Shown: piece by piece, positions 18,121 through 28,192 of the stretch | How positions within the stretch are numbered: position 1 is the first letter of the stretch | Layout: each line of letters opens with the position of its first letter | Origin: Elusimicrobiota bacterium | GTDB lineage: Bacteria > Elusimicrobiota > Elusimicrobia > FEN-1173 | Length of the DNA: 64,000 nt | Assembly: GCA_016721625.1 (NCBI GenBank) | Contig: JADKHR010000001.1 | Span: 2,688,503-2,752,502 of the forward strand | Direction: 5' to 3' | Translations under genes and position numbers: made by a program | The notes under the pieces: generated by a model | The model's database searches: none | What the model saw: the letters and a program-made list of their open reading frames with translations, nothing else | What the model was told of the DNA's origin: nothing

Positions 18121-18591
18121 TCATCCCTCCAGCAGGCTTCGGAGCATCCAGGAGGTTTTTTCGTGGAGTTGGAGGCGTTGGGTGAGGAGGTCCATGGTGG
18201 CTTGGTCGGAGGCTCGCTCGGCGGCGGGGAAGGCCCGGCGGGCGGCTTGGATCACAGTTTCATGGCCTTCCAGTAGCTGGCGGATCATGTCTTGGGCTTT
18301 GGGAACGCCGACGGCTTCTTTGACGGAGGTGAGCTTGCCGAACTCGGCGTAGGACCCCGGCGCGTGGTTTTCCAAGGCGCGGATGCGTTCGGCCACCAGG
18401 TCCACCGCCAACGCCATTTCGTTGTAGTGCCCCTCGAACATCAAGTGGAGGGTTTGGAACATGGGCCCCGTCACGTTCCAATGGAAGTTGTGGGTTTTGA
18501 GATACAGCGTGTAGGTGTCCGCCAACAGCACCGCCAATCCCTCGGCGATTTCTTTCTTCTGCTCTTTCGAGATCAATTTAGATTCGGTCAT
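18121..18591 (-). CDS. dps: Dps-family DNA-protection/ferritin-like protein
   Basis: LADTYTLYLKTHNFHWNVTGPMFQTLHLMFEGHY..D.VAERI is the Dps ferroxidase signature. GAGGAG precedes the ATG at 18591. Confidence 0.9.
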   Translation of the reverse strand: MTESKLISKEQKKEIAEGLAVLLADTYTLYLKTHNFHWNVTGPMFQTLHLMFEGHYNEMALAVDLVAERIRALENHAPGSYAEFGKLTSVKEAVGVPKAQDMIRQLLEGHETVIQAARRAFPAAERASDQATMDLLTQRLQLHEKTSWMLRSLLEG

Positions 18592-18658
18592 GGAATTCTC
18601 CTCTTCGTCGTTGTTTGGATATTTTAGCATCATCAGGACGTCCGCTCCAGTGGCTGGG

Positions 18659-19828
18659 TTAAAAATAGAGCAGGGCGTCTTGTCTCGCTTGGCGGAAGCT
18701 TTGAATCTCTCGCCGCCATGACTTTTCCAGTGAAAGAAGTTTTGCACCGCTTTCCATGGCGCGGCGGATTTGATCGGTGCCGCAGAGGATGTCCATAGGC
18801 TTCTTTTTGGTTTCGAATTCGTAGGGGGGAGCTTTCCAGCGGAATTTGGGGGAGAGTCGTCGAACGGTTTGGATCAAGCTCAGACCGGTTCGGAAGGACT
18901 GGAACTGGGCGGGATCGGTGACATGGATTTGGACGCCGCCGCAGAGTTGGCCGGCCCATTTGTTGAAAGTGGGGCGGAACTGGAGGGCACGGAATCGGAC
19001 GCCCGGAAGCTTTTGGGCGGCGAGCGCCTGGGCGAGACGGGTGCCGTCGACGAAGGGGGCGCCGACGATTTCAAAAGGCCGCGTGGTTCCGCGTCCCTCG
19101 GAAAGGTTAGTGGCTTCCAAAAGGCACATGCCGCCATAGACGGTGGCGGTTTCCAGGGTCGGCATGTTGGGGGAGGGGAGGACCCAGGGCAGGCCCGTTT
19201 CGTTAAACCGCATGGACCGGCGCCAACCCGCCATGGGGACCACGTGCAAATCGGTTCCCCATTTTTGCGTCCGGTTGAAATGGCGGGCCAATTCGCCCAC
19301 GGTCATGCCGTGGAGGACGGGGAGGGGATGTCGTCCAACAAAAGAGGCGAAGGCGGGGTCCGGCAAGTTGCCTTCCAATTTCTCCCCGCCCAGGGGGTTG
19401 GGGCGGTCGAGCACGATAAGGGGTTTGTCCTTCTCGGCGCAGGCCTTCATGGCCAGGGCCATGGTCCAGATGAAGGTGTAGTAGCGAACGCCGATGTCTT
19501 GGAGGTCGAAGAGCAGGGCGTCGATGTTTTCGAGCATGGCGGGGGTGGGGGACAGATTTTTTCCATAGAGGCTGTAGACGGGAAGGTTTGTCCGAGGGGC
19601 CCGGGCGCCCTGGACCGGGGCTTGGTCTTGAAGTTCGGCCGCCAAGCCGTGTTCGGGGGCGAAGAGCGCGGTCAGTCGGAACCCGGAGCGGCGGAGGGCA
19701 TCCACCGCGTGTTCCAGCGCGCCGGTGACGGAGGCGCCGTGAACAATGGCGCCCAGCCGTTTCTTTCGCCAGGGGCGTCCCAGGGGGCCTAAAAATCGAT
19801 CGAGCCCAGCCTGGACCGGGGGGGTCAC
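18659..19828 (-). CDS. DUF1343 / NamZ-like exo-beta-N-acetylmuramidase family protein
   Basis: FDLQDIGVRYYTFIWTM..LDRPNPLGG..HPLPVLHGMTVGELA..PSPNMP..ATNLSEGRGTTRPFE are characteristic DUF1343 blocks. The GTG start overlaps the stop of the upstream gene. Confidence 0.8.
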   Translation of the reverse strand: MTPPVQAGLDRFLGPLGRPWRKKRLGAIVHGASVTGALEHAVDALRRSGFRLTALFAPEHGLAAELQDQAPVQGARAPRTNLPVYSLYGKNLSPTPAMLENIDALLFDLQDIGVRYYTFIWTMALAMKACAEKDKPLIVLDRPNPLGGEKLEGNLPDPAFASFVGRHPLPVLHGMTVGELARHFNRTQKWGTDLHVVPMAGWRRSMRFNETGLPWVLPSPNMPTLETATVYGGMCLLEATNLSEGRGTTRPFEIVGAPFVDGTRLAQALAAQKLPGVRFRALQFRPTFNKWAGQLCGGVQIHVTDPAQFQSFRTGLSLIQTVRRLSPKFRWKAPPYEFETKKKPMDILCGTDQIRRAMESGAKLLSLEKSWRREIQSFRQARQDALLYF

Positions 19829-20649
19829 GCGAAGGCCGACCCCGTGTGAAGGACTGTTCTTTGCCGCCGTGCCTCCATCAATAAAATCCCCGCCGCCACG
19901 GCCACGTTCAGCGACTCGACCCGGCCGGCCATGGGGATTTTAATTCGCTGGACGGGAAGGGCGCCGAGCGATGGGAAATTCACCCCGCGCGCCTCGCCGC
20001 CCAAAAGGAGCACGCAGGGGGCGGTCCAATTCCACTGGAAATAGCTGTGGGATCCCCCGGCGTCGGCCGCCAGCAGGGCGGGAGAGGTGGGGAAGGCGTT
20101 TAAGATCGTTTGGATCGAGTCGGTTCGAAAGATCGGTATTCGGAAAGCGCTTCCGGCGGAGGCCCGCAGGGCTTTGGGCGAGAGGGGGTCCGCGGTTCCG
20201 GGCAAGACTCCCACGGCGGTCACTCCCGCCGCTTCGGCCGACCGAAGAATGGCGCCCACGTTGGCGGGCGACTGAAGGGCGTCCAACAGGAGGATCAAGG
20301 GGGGCGGGGTTCCAAGCCCCGCCACCGTGGCCAGGTCAAAACCGTGGGGCCGGTCCGCCCGTACGGCGATCCCGGGCGGGGTTTCTACATCGGAAATGAA
20401 TTCCATGACTGAAGACGTGACCGCATGAACGGTGGCGCCTCGGTCGCGCAAGGCTTGGATGAGCGGGGCGGTTTTCGGATCTTTTTCGCTTTGGGGGATC
20501 ACCGCCGCTTCCCGGGGCGTGAGGGTCGAATCCAACAGTTCTTCCAAGAGACGCCGCCCCTCGACAAAAATGGAGCGTCCGTCCTTTCCGTCCCGCGCGG
20601 CCCGAAAGCGGGCCACCGTGGGGTTGGACCGGGAGGCGATAGGGGTCAC
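19825..20649 (-). CDS. TrmH/SpoU-family RNA 2'-O-methyltransferase
   Basis: LLLDALQSPANVGAILRSAEAAG..LLLGGEARGV..IPMAGRVESLNVAVAAGILLME (SpoU motifs 1-3). Confidence 0.85.
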   Translation of the reverse strand: MTPIASRSNPTVARFRAARDGKDGRSIFVEGRRLLEELLDSTLTPREAAVIPQSEKDPKTAPLIQALRDRGATVHAVTSSVMEFISDVETPPGIAVRADRPHGFDLATVAGLGTPPPLILLLDALQSPANVGAILRSAEAAGVTAVGVLPGTADPLSPKALRASAGSAFRIPIFRTDSIQTILNAFPTSPALLAADAGGSHSYFQWNWTAPCVLLLGGEARGVNFPSLGALPVQRIKIPMAGRVESLNVAVAAGILLMEARRQRTVLHTGSAFA

Positions 20650-21812
20650 GGGAGGGGGGGGGCCGCCGTGGATCCGGAGATGGAGGAAATTTCTTTTTTT
20701 TCCGTCGCGCGGGCCAGCTGTTCGCCGTAGATTTTGGCGAAGGCGAGGACGCTCGCCACCGTGAGGGGGCCCACCAGGAGGCCGATGGGCCCGTAGGCCT
20801 GAAGACCGCCCAGGGTGCCGAAAAAAAGCAAAGCGATGGGGATCTTGGCTTTGCTCCCGATGATGAAAGGGCGAAGAAAATTATCAACGGTGCTGACGAC
20901 CAAACCGCCCCAAAGAAGAATCCCGACGCCTTGAACCACCCAGCCTTTCAAAATGAGGTAGACGCCCACCGGCAACCAGACCGCGGTCGCCCCGATGAAA
21001 GGGATGAGTGCCATAAACGCCGTGGCGAAGCCGAGAACCACGGAAAAGCTGACGCCCGCGAGGGCGAACCCGACCCCGGCCAGGAGACCCTGGACCGACG
21101 CGGTCACGAACATTCCACGCACCACGGCGGTGAGCGTTTGGTTTAACCGGTTCAGGATGTGGGTTTTGTAGGCGGTTTCCATGGGGATCAGGCCGACTAT
21201 TTTCTCGGTCAATCGATTACCGTCTCGAAAGATAAAGAAAAGCGTGAAGACCATGATCAGGGTTTGAAAGACAAACAAGATCAAATTTTTGACGATGGAC
21301 GCGCCCAGGGAAGACACCTTGTTTCCAATGCCTTCCATCGTGCGGAGGAGCGTGTCGCGGGGATTGACCCCCGCCTGGATCAGAAGTTCTTGCGAGCGTC
21401 TCCACACCTTCTTCACGGGCGCCGGAAGCCGTTCCTCCAGGGTGGCGCGGGGGTTCGTTCGAACCTCTTGAACCTGTTCTTGGGCCCATGGATAGATGGC
21501 CGCGGCTTGCCGGCCCAGGAGGGCGAGGAAAAACAAGGTCGGCACCACCACGATCAGAAAAAGAGTGGCGACGCTGGTCCCCGCCGCCAGGTTCGGCCGG
21601 CCGCGGCTCCAACGGAGAAAACGCGTGTGGAGGGGGTAAAAAACCAACGCCAAGGTGATGGCCAAGAGGATTCCTGAAAGGAAGGGGGCGACGATCCGGA
21701 GGAGCTGATACAAGAGAAACCCGAAGGCCGCGAAAAAAAAGACCCGAAACAAAATGGGACGAGCTTCACTTCTCCGGTCTGGGACGATTGGAATCACTGG
21801 GGTTCCCTCCAT
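20646..21812 (-). CDS. AI-2E family transporter (PerM/UPF0118)
   Basis: Polytopic. The start is taken at MEGTPVIPIV (ATG 21812), because the upstream part of ORF 20646..22304 overlaps ispG. C-terminal block: FLRPFIIGSKAKIPIALLFFGTLGGLQAYGPIGLLVGP. Confidence 0.8.
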   Translation of the reverse strand: MEGTPVIPIVPDRRSEARPILFRVFFFAAFGFLLYQLLRIVAPFLSGILLAITLALVFYPLHTRFLRWSRGRPNLAAGTSVATLFLIVVVPTLFFLALLGRQAAAIYPWAQEQVQEVRTNPRATLEERLPAPVKKVWRRSQELLIQAGVNPRDTLLRTMEGIGNKVSSLGASIVKNLILFVFQTLIMVFTLFFIFRDGNRLTEKIVGLIPMETAYKTHILNRLNQTLTAVVRGMFVTASVQGLLAGVGFALAGVSFSVVLGFATAFMALIPFIGATAVWLPVGVYLILKGWVVQGVGILLWGGLVVSTVDNFLRPFIIGSKAKIPIALLFFGTLGGLQAYGPIGLLVGPLTVASVLAFAKIYGEQLARATEKKEISSISGSTAAPPLP

Positions 21813-23806
21813 TTTCCATGCTCCTTTATCAATGAGACAAGCCGGTCTTCGGCCAGTGAGGCCGAGAGTCCTTTTTCCACGCACTCTTTGCCCACATACA
21901 AATTGATTTTCCCCGGGCCTCCTCCGACGTAGCCGAAATCCGCGTCGGCCATTTCGCCCGGCCCGTTGACGATGCATCCCATGATGGCGATCTTGACGTT
22001 CACCAGATGGCCCGTTTTTTTCTTGATTCGGTCCGTCGTGGTTTGGAGGTCGAACAGCGTCCGGCCGCAGGAGGGACAGGAGACAAACTCCGCTTTGGTG
22101 ACCCGCGCCCCGGCTCCTTGGAGGATGTTCGCCGTGAGCTCCAGTTCCCGTTCCAGGCCCAAACCCGTTCGCAGGGTCAGGCTGTCGCCGATTCCGTCGG
22201 CCAACAGCGCACCGGCCAGGGTCGAGGCGGACAAGAGGGACGATTCTTCCTCCGCCGTCCAGGGGGCCACGATATGGAAGGGAAGTTTTGCTTCTTTTAT
22301 CCAAGGTTGGGCGATTCCGTATCGGGCCTGATGCAAAAGTCGGGACACGTTCGTGTCTTCGAGCGCCAGGACCATGTTCGGGGTGTGTAAAAAAGCCGAC
22401 CGAGCGGCTTTTAATAAATCCTCAACGGCCTCTCCAAAGAGCCAAAGGGGTTTCCCGGCCTTCGCGCAGGCTTTGGCGGTGTCCTCCGCCCCCTGGAGCC
22501 CCTTCGGGCTCAGGGCGATCCCGTCCGAAAGGGACAAGGCGCGGTCCAGATATTCTAACCCGTCGACGCGGGTCAAGAACCCCAAGCGGGCCGTTTCGAA
22601 CCGCAGGGCCTTTCGGAAATGGTCCAGTGAAATGAGATCGTCCGTGGATCGGACGGGCCACTCGATGATCTCCGGAGGCAGGCCCCGGCCGGTCTTTAGG
22701 CGTTGTTCCAAAATGGTCAGAACGGCGGCGGGGTTCGCCGTGGCGGGGTTCAACCGCGCCACCGAGCGGGGCGGGTGGGCGCCGCCCACCCCCATCGGGC
22801 CCACTCGAACTTCGAGCGCCGGCCGCCGCGAGTAGTGAAAAGGATTGTCCGCCACGGCCTGGTTTCCGCTTTTGGCGTTCAAAAAACAGGTGGGGGGGCG
22901 GTGGTCGTAGGGGGCCGCCAAGCGGCGGGCCACGGGGATTTCCAGTTCGGGTTCTTCCGTCAGCGACACCCGTAGGGTGTCGCCGATCCCGTCTTCCAAA
23001 AGCGCTCCGATCCCCACGGCGGATTTAATTCGGCCGTCCTCTCCGTCGCCGGCTTCCGTGACGCCCAGGTGGAAGGGGTAGTCCATGTTTTCGTGGGCCA
23101 TGCGGGCCGCGAGCAGTCGATAAGCGGCGATCATGACCTTGGGGTTGGAGGCTTTCATGGAAAGGATGATGTCGTGATACCCGTTCCGTTCGCAGATCCG
23201 GACGAATTCCAGAGCGCTTTCGACCATTCCCTCCGGGGTATCGCCGTAGCGGTTTAGGATGCGGTCGGACAGGGAGCCGTGGTTCGTGCCGATGCGGAGG
23301 GCTCGGCCCAGCCGCTTGAGTTTCAGAACCAGGGGGGTGAACCGTTCTTCGATGCGGGCGATCTCCTCGTCGTATTGGGTGTCCGTATACTCCCGGATTT
23401 TGAAGGCCTTGGCGTCGGTGAAGTTGCCGGGATTGATGCGAACTTTTTCCACGTGTTCGGCCGCCTCGAGCGCGGCCTCCGGCCGGAAATGGATATCGGC
23501 CACCAGGGGGACACGGAACCCCTTGGCGCGAAGGGCGGCCGCGATGTTTTTTAAGTTCGCGGCGTCGACTTCCGTGGGCGCGGTGACCCGGACGATCTCG
23601 CATCCGGCGCGAATGAGGCGCACCGCCTGGTCCACTGTCGCTTGGGTGTCCTGGGTGCGCGTCGTGGTCATGGATTGAATACGGAGGGGATTCTCCCCGC
23701 CGACGCCCACATCCCCCACGCGGACGACCCGGGTCTTCCGCCTATGGTAGGCGAAAAGATCAGGAGAAAAGGAAAGGTTTCCGGCTAGCTGCGCGACAGG
23801 GGTCAT
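21794..23806 (-). CDS. ispG: 4-hydroxy-3-methylbut-2-enyl diphosphate synthase, long form with an inserted domain
   Basis: N-terminal TIM-barrel block VGGENPLRIQSMTTT.., the C-terminal 4Fe-4S block FVSCPSCGRT..IAIMGCIVNGPGEMADADFGYVGG, and a ~270-aa insert between them. Confidence 0.9.
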   Translation of the reverse strand: MTPVAQLAGNLSFSPDLFAYHRRKTRVVRVGDVGVGGENPLRIQSMTTTRTQDTQATVDQAVRLIRAGCEIVRVTAPTEVDAANLKNIAAALRAKGFRVPLVADIHFRPEAALEAAEHVEKVRINPGNFTDAKAFKIREYTDTQYDEEIARIEERFTPLVLKLKRLGRALRIGTNHGSLSDRILNRYGDTPEGMVESALEFVRICERNGYHDIILSMKASNPKVMIAAYRLLAARMAHENMDYPFHLGVTEAGDGEDGRIKSAVGIGALLEDGIGDTLRVSLTEEPELEIPVARRLAAPYDHRPPTCFLNAKSGNQAVADNPFHYSRRPALEVRVGPMGVGGAHPPRSVARLNPATANPAAVLTILEQRLKTGRGLPPEIIEWPVRSTDDLISLDHFRKALRFETARLGFLTRVDGLEYLDRALSLSDGIALSPKGLQGAEDTAKACAKAGKPLWLFGEAVEDLLKAARSAFLHTPNMVLALEDTNVSRLLHQARYGIAQPWIKEAKLPFHIVAPWTAEEESSLLSASTLAGALLADGIGDSLTLRTGLGLERELELTANILQGAGARVTKAEFVSCPSCGRTLFDLQTTTDRIKKKTGHLVNVKIAIMGCIVNGPGEMADADFGYVGGGPGKINLYVGKECVEKGLSASLAEDRLVSLIKEHGKWREPQ

Positions 23807-24104
23807 CGGTAAAATTATACCAAACCATGCGGGTGGGGCCTAACGGAGCCCCTAAGGCTTTGGTCATCCCGATAACAGCACGAACTTGTATTGGAAAAAT
23901 TCCGGATCCTTCCGGATGGGGCCGACTATTGGATCCTCACGCCTAATGTAAAGTCCGGGGTAAACCTGCCTTTTCGTGAGATCACGAAAGTCGGCTCATG
24001 CCCGCTCACCCCTGATGGCATAGCCCTTTTTCGGCTGAGAGGGGGTGAGGTATTTGGCCGTACCATTGCATAAGTAATAATTCTAATTGAAATCGGCTTG
24101 GGTC

Positions 24105-24135
24105 TTGACAAGAGGGATGATTGAGCGCATATAAC
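24105..24135 (+). promoter_or_regulatory. Sigma70-like promoter candidate for the FeeM-like gene
   Basis: TTGACA (24105-24110), then 17 nt to CATATA or 19 nt to TATAAC, about 55 nt upstream of the ATG at 24188. Confidence 0.35.
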
Positions 24136-24187
24136 GATGGGAAGGAATATTGTAGTCTGAAGTGCCCTTCGTTTGGGGCCAACTTTT

Positions 24188-25078
24188 ATGATAACTCTCG
24201 GCGATTTTAAATTTGTGGTGGCAACGACCCCGGAATTGTTGAACGGAGTCTTTCGGCTCCGTTACCAGGTCTATGTGGACGAATACGGTTTTGAGCACGC
24301 GGGGGACCATCCGGACGGGATGGAGAAAGACGAATGGGACCCCTGTTCCATTCACATGGCCGCACTAAACTCCGAGGGCGACGTGATCGGGACGATTCGT
24401 TTGGTTCTGAACTCTTCGGCCGGGTTGCCGACCTTGCAAGCCGTGGCTCCTTTTTATTTCGACCAGAACCCCCATTCCCAGCACATCGGCGAGGTGTCGA
24501 GGCTGGCGGTGGCGCGATCTTTCCGACGCCGGGTCGAAGATGGGTTCTACGGGGTTCAAGCCTTGGCTTCCCCGAAAGGGAGCATCGCTTTTCACCGGGC
24601 GGAGGACGGGGATTTCCCGAGCCAGGAGCGGCGTCGGCGGTTCGCGGTGGTGCTGGGGCTCTTTAAGATCATGTACCACGTGAGCAAGCGCATCAATCTC
24701 AAGGACTGGTATATGGTTTCGGAAAAACGGTTGTGGTACCTTCTGAAACGCTACCACATCCTTTTTAACCCGATCGGTCCGGAGATGGAATACCATGGGA
24801 TCCGGATCCCTTACATCGGTCACATCAAAGACATCGAATCCCACATGATGAAGGCGAGCGCTTCCCTGGCCGAATCTTTTCAGGAGGGGCTCGATGCGAC
24901 CGACGGGGCCGCCAGTGTGGCGCCGGAAGAATCGTCGGTCAAAAAAACCGACGTCAACCCGGTTCCGCCGGTCTCGTCGGTTTTTTCGGAAACGGAGGCC
25001 GAACAAAAAGCGCGTGCGGCGGCCCAGGCGGTGGCCGAGATTGTCTGGCCTCACCGGATCCCGCGGCGCCGGTCCTAA
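24188..25078 (+). CDS. FeeM-like / PEP-CTERM-associated-type N-acyl amino acid synthase (GNAT / LuxI-like fold) with a low-complexity C-terminal tail
   Basis: ELLNGVFRLRYQVYVDEYGFE..HMAALNSEGDVIGTIRLV..IGEVSRLAVARSFRRR matches the pattern I associate with this family. The last ~70 aa have no recognisable domain. Confidence 0.55.
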   Translation: MITLGDFKFVVATTPELLNGVFRLRYQVYVDEYGFEHAGDHPDGMEKDEWDPCSIHMAALNSEGDVIGTIRLVLNSSAGLPTLQAVAPFYFDQNPHSQHIGEVSRLAVARSFRRRVEDGFYGVQALASPKGSIAFHRAEDGDFPSQERRRRFAVVLGLFKIMYHVSKRINLKDWYMVSEKRLWYLLKRYHILFNPIGPEMEYHGIRIPYIGHIKDIESHMMKASASLAESFQEGLDATDGAASVAPEESSVKKTDVNPVPPVSSVFSETEAEQKARAAAQAVAEIVWPHRIPRRRS

Positions 25079-25346
25079 TACCCCCCAAAAGCTCGCGTCC
25101 CCTATTCCCTCACCTTCCCCTCGCATCAGTGGCCCTGTCCCGTTCACCCCATCCGATATCGCCGGGACTGCACCGACAATCCGCAAAGGGCCGGACGGTG
25201 CGGCCGCTCCCGGTGGCGTGAACTCTGCGAACGGGCTCACCAGCGAAGAGGGAATTCTCTTTCAGAGAGTCAAAGAGACCCCGTTTTTTTTCGACGTCCT
25301 TTGTCGATGCTCGGAAACGCGAAGTCGGTTTTTTGTTTGAACGCGA

Positions 25347-26483
25347 TCAATTGAGTTCGGGTGGGTTCGGGGCGGAGCCGCCGTGGAAAACCCGGGTCAG
25401 TTGTCCCACGGCGGCGGGGGAAGCGAGCACGGTGCCGATGAGACGGGAGGAGAGGCGGGGGAGGTTGAGGACGGACCGAGCGACCCACCCCAACCGTTGG
25501 CGCTTTCCGTACGTTTGGCGCCAGACGGATTCATAGGTCGCAACGGGGTCGGCGTTTTTTCCGGCGGCGCGGATCGCCCCGTGGATAAGAGGCCCGGCGC
25601 CCAGGGCCCGGCCGATGCCTTCGCCCATGAAGGGATCTCCGACGGCCGCGGCGTCCCCGGCCCGAAGGGTTCCGTCAGAGGGGCTGAGGCCGCGGGAAAA
25701 GGGCAACGGTCCGACCCCCGCCCAGGGACTCTCTCGGCGGGACCCTTCCATCAGGAAACGGAGAGCCTTGTTCAGGACCCAGGCCTCGGAGAACACTCTT
25801 TCCCAGTCCAGGGCCTCCCCGGTTCGCCGATGGAGACCGCAGAGGTTGGATGTCCCGTCCGCGAACGTGACGATCCCCACGTAGCCTCCGGGATAAAAGT
25901 GCAGGGACATCTCTCCTGAAGACTGGACCACTTTCGAAAAAGTCGCGTTCCATCCATACCAGCCCCGGCCATCCTTCCGGAGCCTTCCCCCTGAAAAACG
26001 TCCGTCCGCTCGGACCAGGAGATCGGCCCGGACCGTTTTTCGCAATCCCGGCAAATCCAACAGCCACCCCTCGCCTTCCCGGCGATGTTCGCCGACGCGA
26101 ACCCCCCGTTGGACCTCTCCCCCTGCGGCCTCGGCGGCGGAGAGCAAAATTTCCTCCAGAACAGGCCGGGGGAGGGATAGGCCTGGGGCCGGAAGCGGTC
26201 CTCGGTGATCCGCGCCCCGGTTGGTGGTGACCCGGATGGTGTGGATGGGCACGGCCCGCTCTCTCACCTGGTTTTCCAACCCGAGCCAGGCCAGGTGGGC
26301 CAGGGCTTCGGCGTCCAGGAAGGCGCCGCAGACCCGATGCCCGATCGTGGTACGCTGTTCGACCAGCGTCACGGCGAAGCCGGAGCGGAGAAGCCCCAAG
26401 GCGGCGCTCGCTCCCGCTGGCCCCCCGCCGACCACGATGGCTTTTTTCAGGCCCGTTCTCCCGCCAAACTCACCCGGAACCAC
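25347..26483 (-). CDS. FAD-dependent oxidoreductase/monooxygenase (geranylgeranyl-reductase-like), SrsC-like position
   Basis: KKAIVVGGGPAGASAALGLLRSGFAVTLVEQ (GxGxxG Rossmann) and a C-terminal GDAAAVGDPFMGEGI motif. It is the last gene of the PKS operon, and its start overlaps the methyltransferase end. Confidence 0.75.
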   Translation of the reverse strand: MVPGEFGGRTGLKKAIVVGGGPAGASAALGLLRSGFAVTLVEQRTTIGHRVCGAFLDAEALAHLAWLGLENQVRERAVPIHTIRVTTNRGADHRGPLPAPGLSLPRPVLEEILLSAAEAAGGEVQRGVRVGEHRREGEGWLLDLPGLRKTVRADLLVRADGRFSGGRLRKDGRGWYGWNATFSKVVQSSGEMSLHFYPGGYVGIVTFADGTSNLCGLHRRTGEALDWERVFSEAWVLNKALRFLMEGSRRESPWAGVGPLPFSRGLSPSDGTLRAGDAAAVGDPFMGEGIGRALGAGPLIHGAIRAAGKNADPVATYESVWRQTYGKRQRLGWVARSVLNLPRLSSRLIGTVLASPAAVGQLTRVFHGGSAPNPPELN

Positions 26484-27160
26484 GATTCCCGACGCGCGGA
26501 CAAATAGCCCAAACCGGCTTCCGCGGCCAGGGCCGCGAGTTCATTGACGCGAAAAGCCCGTCTCACCGAAAGGGGTCCGTCATGGCGGACCATACGGTCG
26601 CCCCAGACCCAACTGGAGAGACCGACCGCCCAATAGGACGGCAGGCTTCGCCGCAGGTCCGAAACCACCAACCCCCGCCGGGCGCGACGGTCCAGGCAGT
26701 GAAGCGTTTCAGCGCGGAGCGCGAGCGGCATGTGGTGGAGGAAAAGGGAGGCGGTCACATAATCAAAGGTCAATTCTTTCGGAATGTCTCGGAGGTCCCG
26801 GACGAGAACGGTGATCTCGGGGTAAGCGCGAACGGATTCTCGGGCCAGCTCAGCCACGGAGGGGTGCAGTTCCACGGCCGTGATTCGAAGCGAATGGCCA
26901 GCGGCCCGGCCCCAGCGGGCCAGGGCGACCGGTATATCGGCGCCGCCCGTCCCGACGTCCAAGATGCGCACGGGTTCCCCCGGGTGCCAGCGTTTGGACC
27001 ATCTTCGAAAATGGCCCAGAACGGCCTCCGCTCCGCCGAAACGGCGGTTGGTGAGGGCGAGATAGGCCAGGGCGCGGCGTGCTTGGACGGGGTCAAAGGG
27101 ACAAGTGTCCATCCATTCGTCTTCGTCCACGGGAAGGCGGAGGTCGGGGAATAAATTCAT
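26447..27160 (-). CDS. Class I SAM-dependent methyltransferase, SrsB-like position
   Basis: VRILDVGTGGADIPVALA (motif I), ..ASLFLHHMP... The ATG at 27160 overlaps the PKS stop (ATGA). Confidence 0.75.
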   Translation of the reverse strand: MNLFPDLRLPVDEDEWMDTCPFDPVQARRALAYLALTNRRFGGAEAVLGHFRRWSKRWHPGEPVRILDVGTGGADIPVALARWGRAAGHSLRITAVELHPSVAELARESVRAYPEITVLVRDLRDIPKELTFDYVTASLFLHHMPLALRAETLHCLDRRARRGLVVSDLRRSLPSYWAVGLSSWVWGDRMVRHDGPLSVRRAFRVNELAALAAEAGLGYLSARRESWFRVSLAGERA

Positions 27161-28192
27161 GGAAAACGCAGAAGAGCCGCGTGGGCTGAAAACCCCGCCC
27201 CGAACGAACCCATGAACGCCCACTCGCCCGGTCGGGGGGGGCGGCGCTTGAGGGACTCGGCCAGAGTGAAAAGAACGGCGGGGGAGGAGAGGTTTCCCGC
27301 GCGTTTCAATACCGCCCGCCCCGCTAAAAGGTCGGTGGGGGAAAGCCCCAGCTCTCGCTCCAGGGCCTCATGCACTCGGGCTCCGCCGGGGTGGAGAATC
27401 CACCGGCTTATGTCTGCTTTGGAGCCCCTGGCGGTGAAGGAGCTTTTGAAGGAGGGTGCGCGTGGCCCGGGCCGCCCGCATTGGAACTTCCGGAGAAAGG
27501 ACGTTCCGGAGATGGCCCTTTTCGCTTCGAAACCGGAGGCCCTCCCTCCAGGCGGGGACGACGAGCGACGCCGTATCCACCAACGCGGGGCCTTTCCCTC
27601 CTCCGGACTGAAGCAGGACGGCGGCGGACCCATCTCCGAAAAGGGCGTTGGAGACGACGAGGTCCGGGGCGTCGTCGGACACCATGGCCGCCGAGCAGAT
27701 TTCCGTGCAGACAACGGCGGCCAGCGCGCCGGGGTTCGCCAAGCAAAAGGAGTTCGCCGCCTGAAGGGCCGGCAGGGCCGCGCCGCATCCCATTCCAACC
27801 AGGTCCGCGAATGGAACGTCGTGCCGGAGCCCCGCCGCGTCGACCACGCGGGCCGCCAGCCCGGGACAAAGATACCCCGTGCAGGTGGCCGCGGCGAGGA
27901 AATCTACCTGGGAGGGGACTCTCCGCGCCAGCGACAGGACCCGTTTGAGAGATAGCGTTGAAAGGCGAAGAGCCTCGCGTTCGAACCGGGCATTTTTACG
28001 ATCGAGATCCCGGTCTAGAATATCTTCTAGTTTCCGCACCGCGAAGTGCCGGGTCGCCACCGAATGGTGAGAGAACACGCGACGATAAAAAGCCCGGGTC
28101 CTGGCCCGAAGGTCGAAGTTTTTTAGGATGAACCGGAGGGCATCTTTTTGAGAAACCCGAAGCCGGGGCAACGCCGTGCCCACCGCAATCAT
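27157..28192 (-). CDS. Type III polyketide synthase (chalcone/stilbene synthase family). The frame is broken near 27417-27423.
   Basis: Cys in ATCTGYLCPG (ORF 27368..28237); His in WILHPGG and Asn in AGNLSSPAV (ORF 27157..27798). The two pieces join as ..LLHRQGLQ / KADISRWILHPGG. The start is uncertain (ATG 28192 or 28237). Confidence 0.8.

Noticed and set aside
20654-20701. A G9 tract (20654-20662) and a T8 tract (20694-20701) at the AI-2E / TrmH gene junction as phase-variation sites.
   Set aside because: Both lie in intact reading frames of housekeeping-type genes. Given the evident homopolymer uncertainty of this assembly, nothing can be inferred from them.
23940-23965. aaagtccgggg resembles the conserved GGAAAGUCCGGGC core of RNase P RNA, and the 380-bp gap has about the right size.
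   Set aside because: I could not find the other universally conserved RNase P blocks (for example ACAGAACCCGGCUUA or GGUGCGGUAAG..) on either strand.
25257-25291. The hairpin ctcttt-N9-aaagag plus a T8 run as the terminator of the FeeM-like gene.
   Set aside because: The stem is a weak 6-bp AT-rich helix, 6 nt separate it from the T run, and it lies ~180 nt past the stop codon. It is too weak to call.
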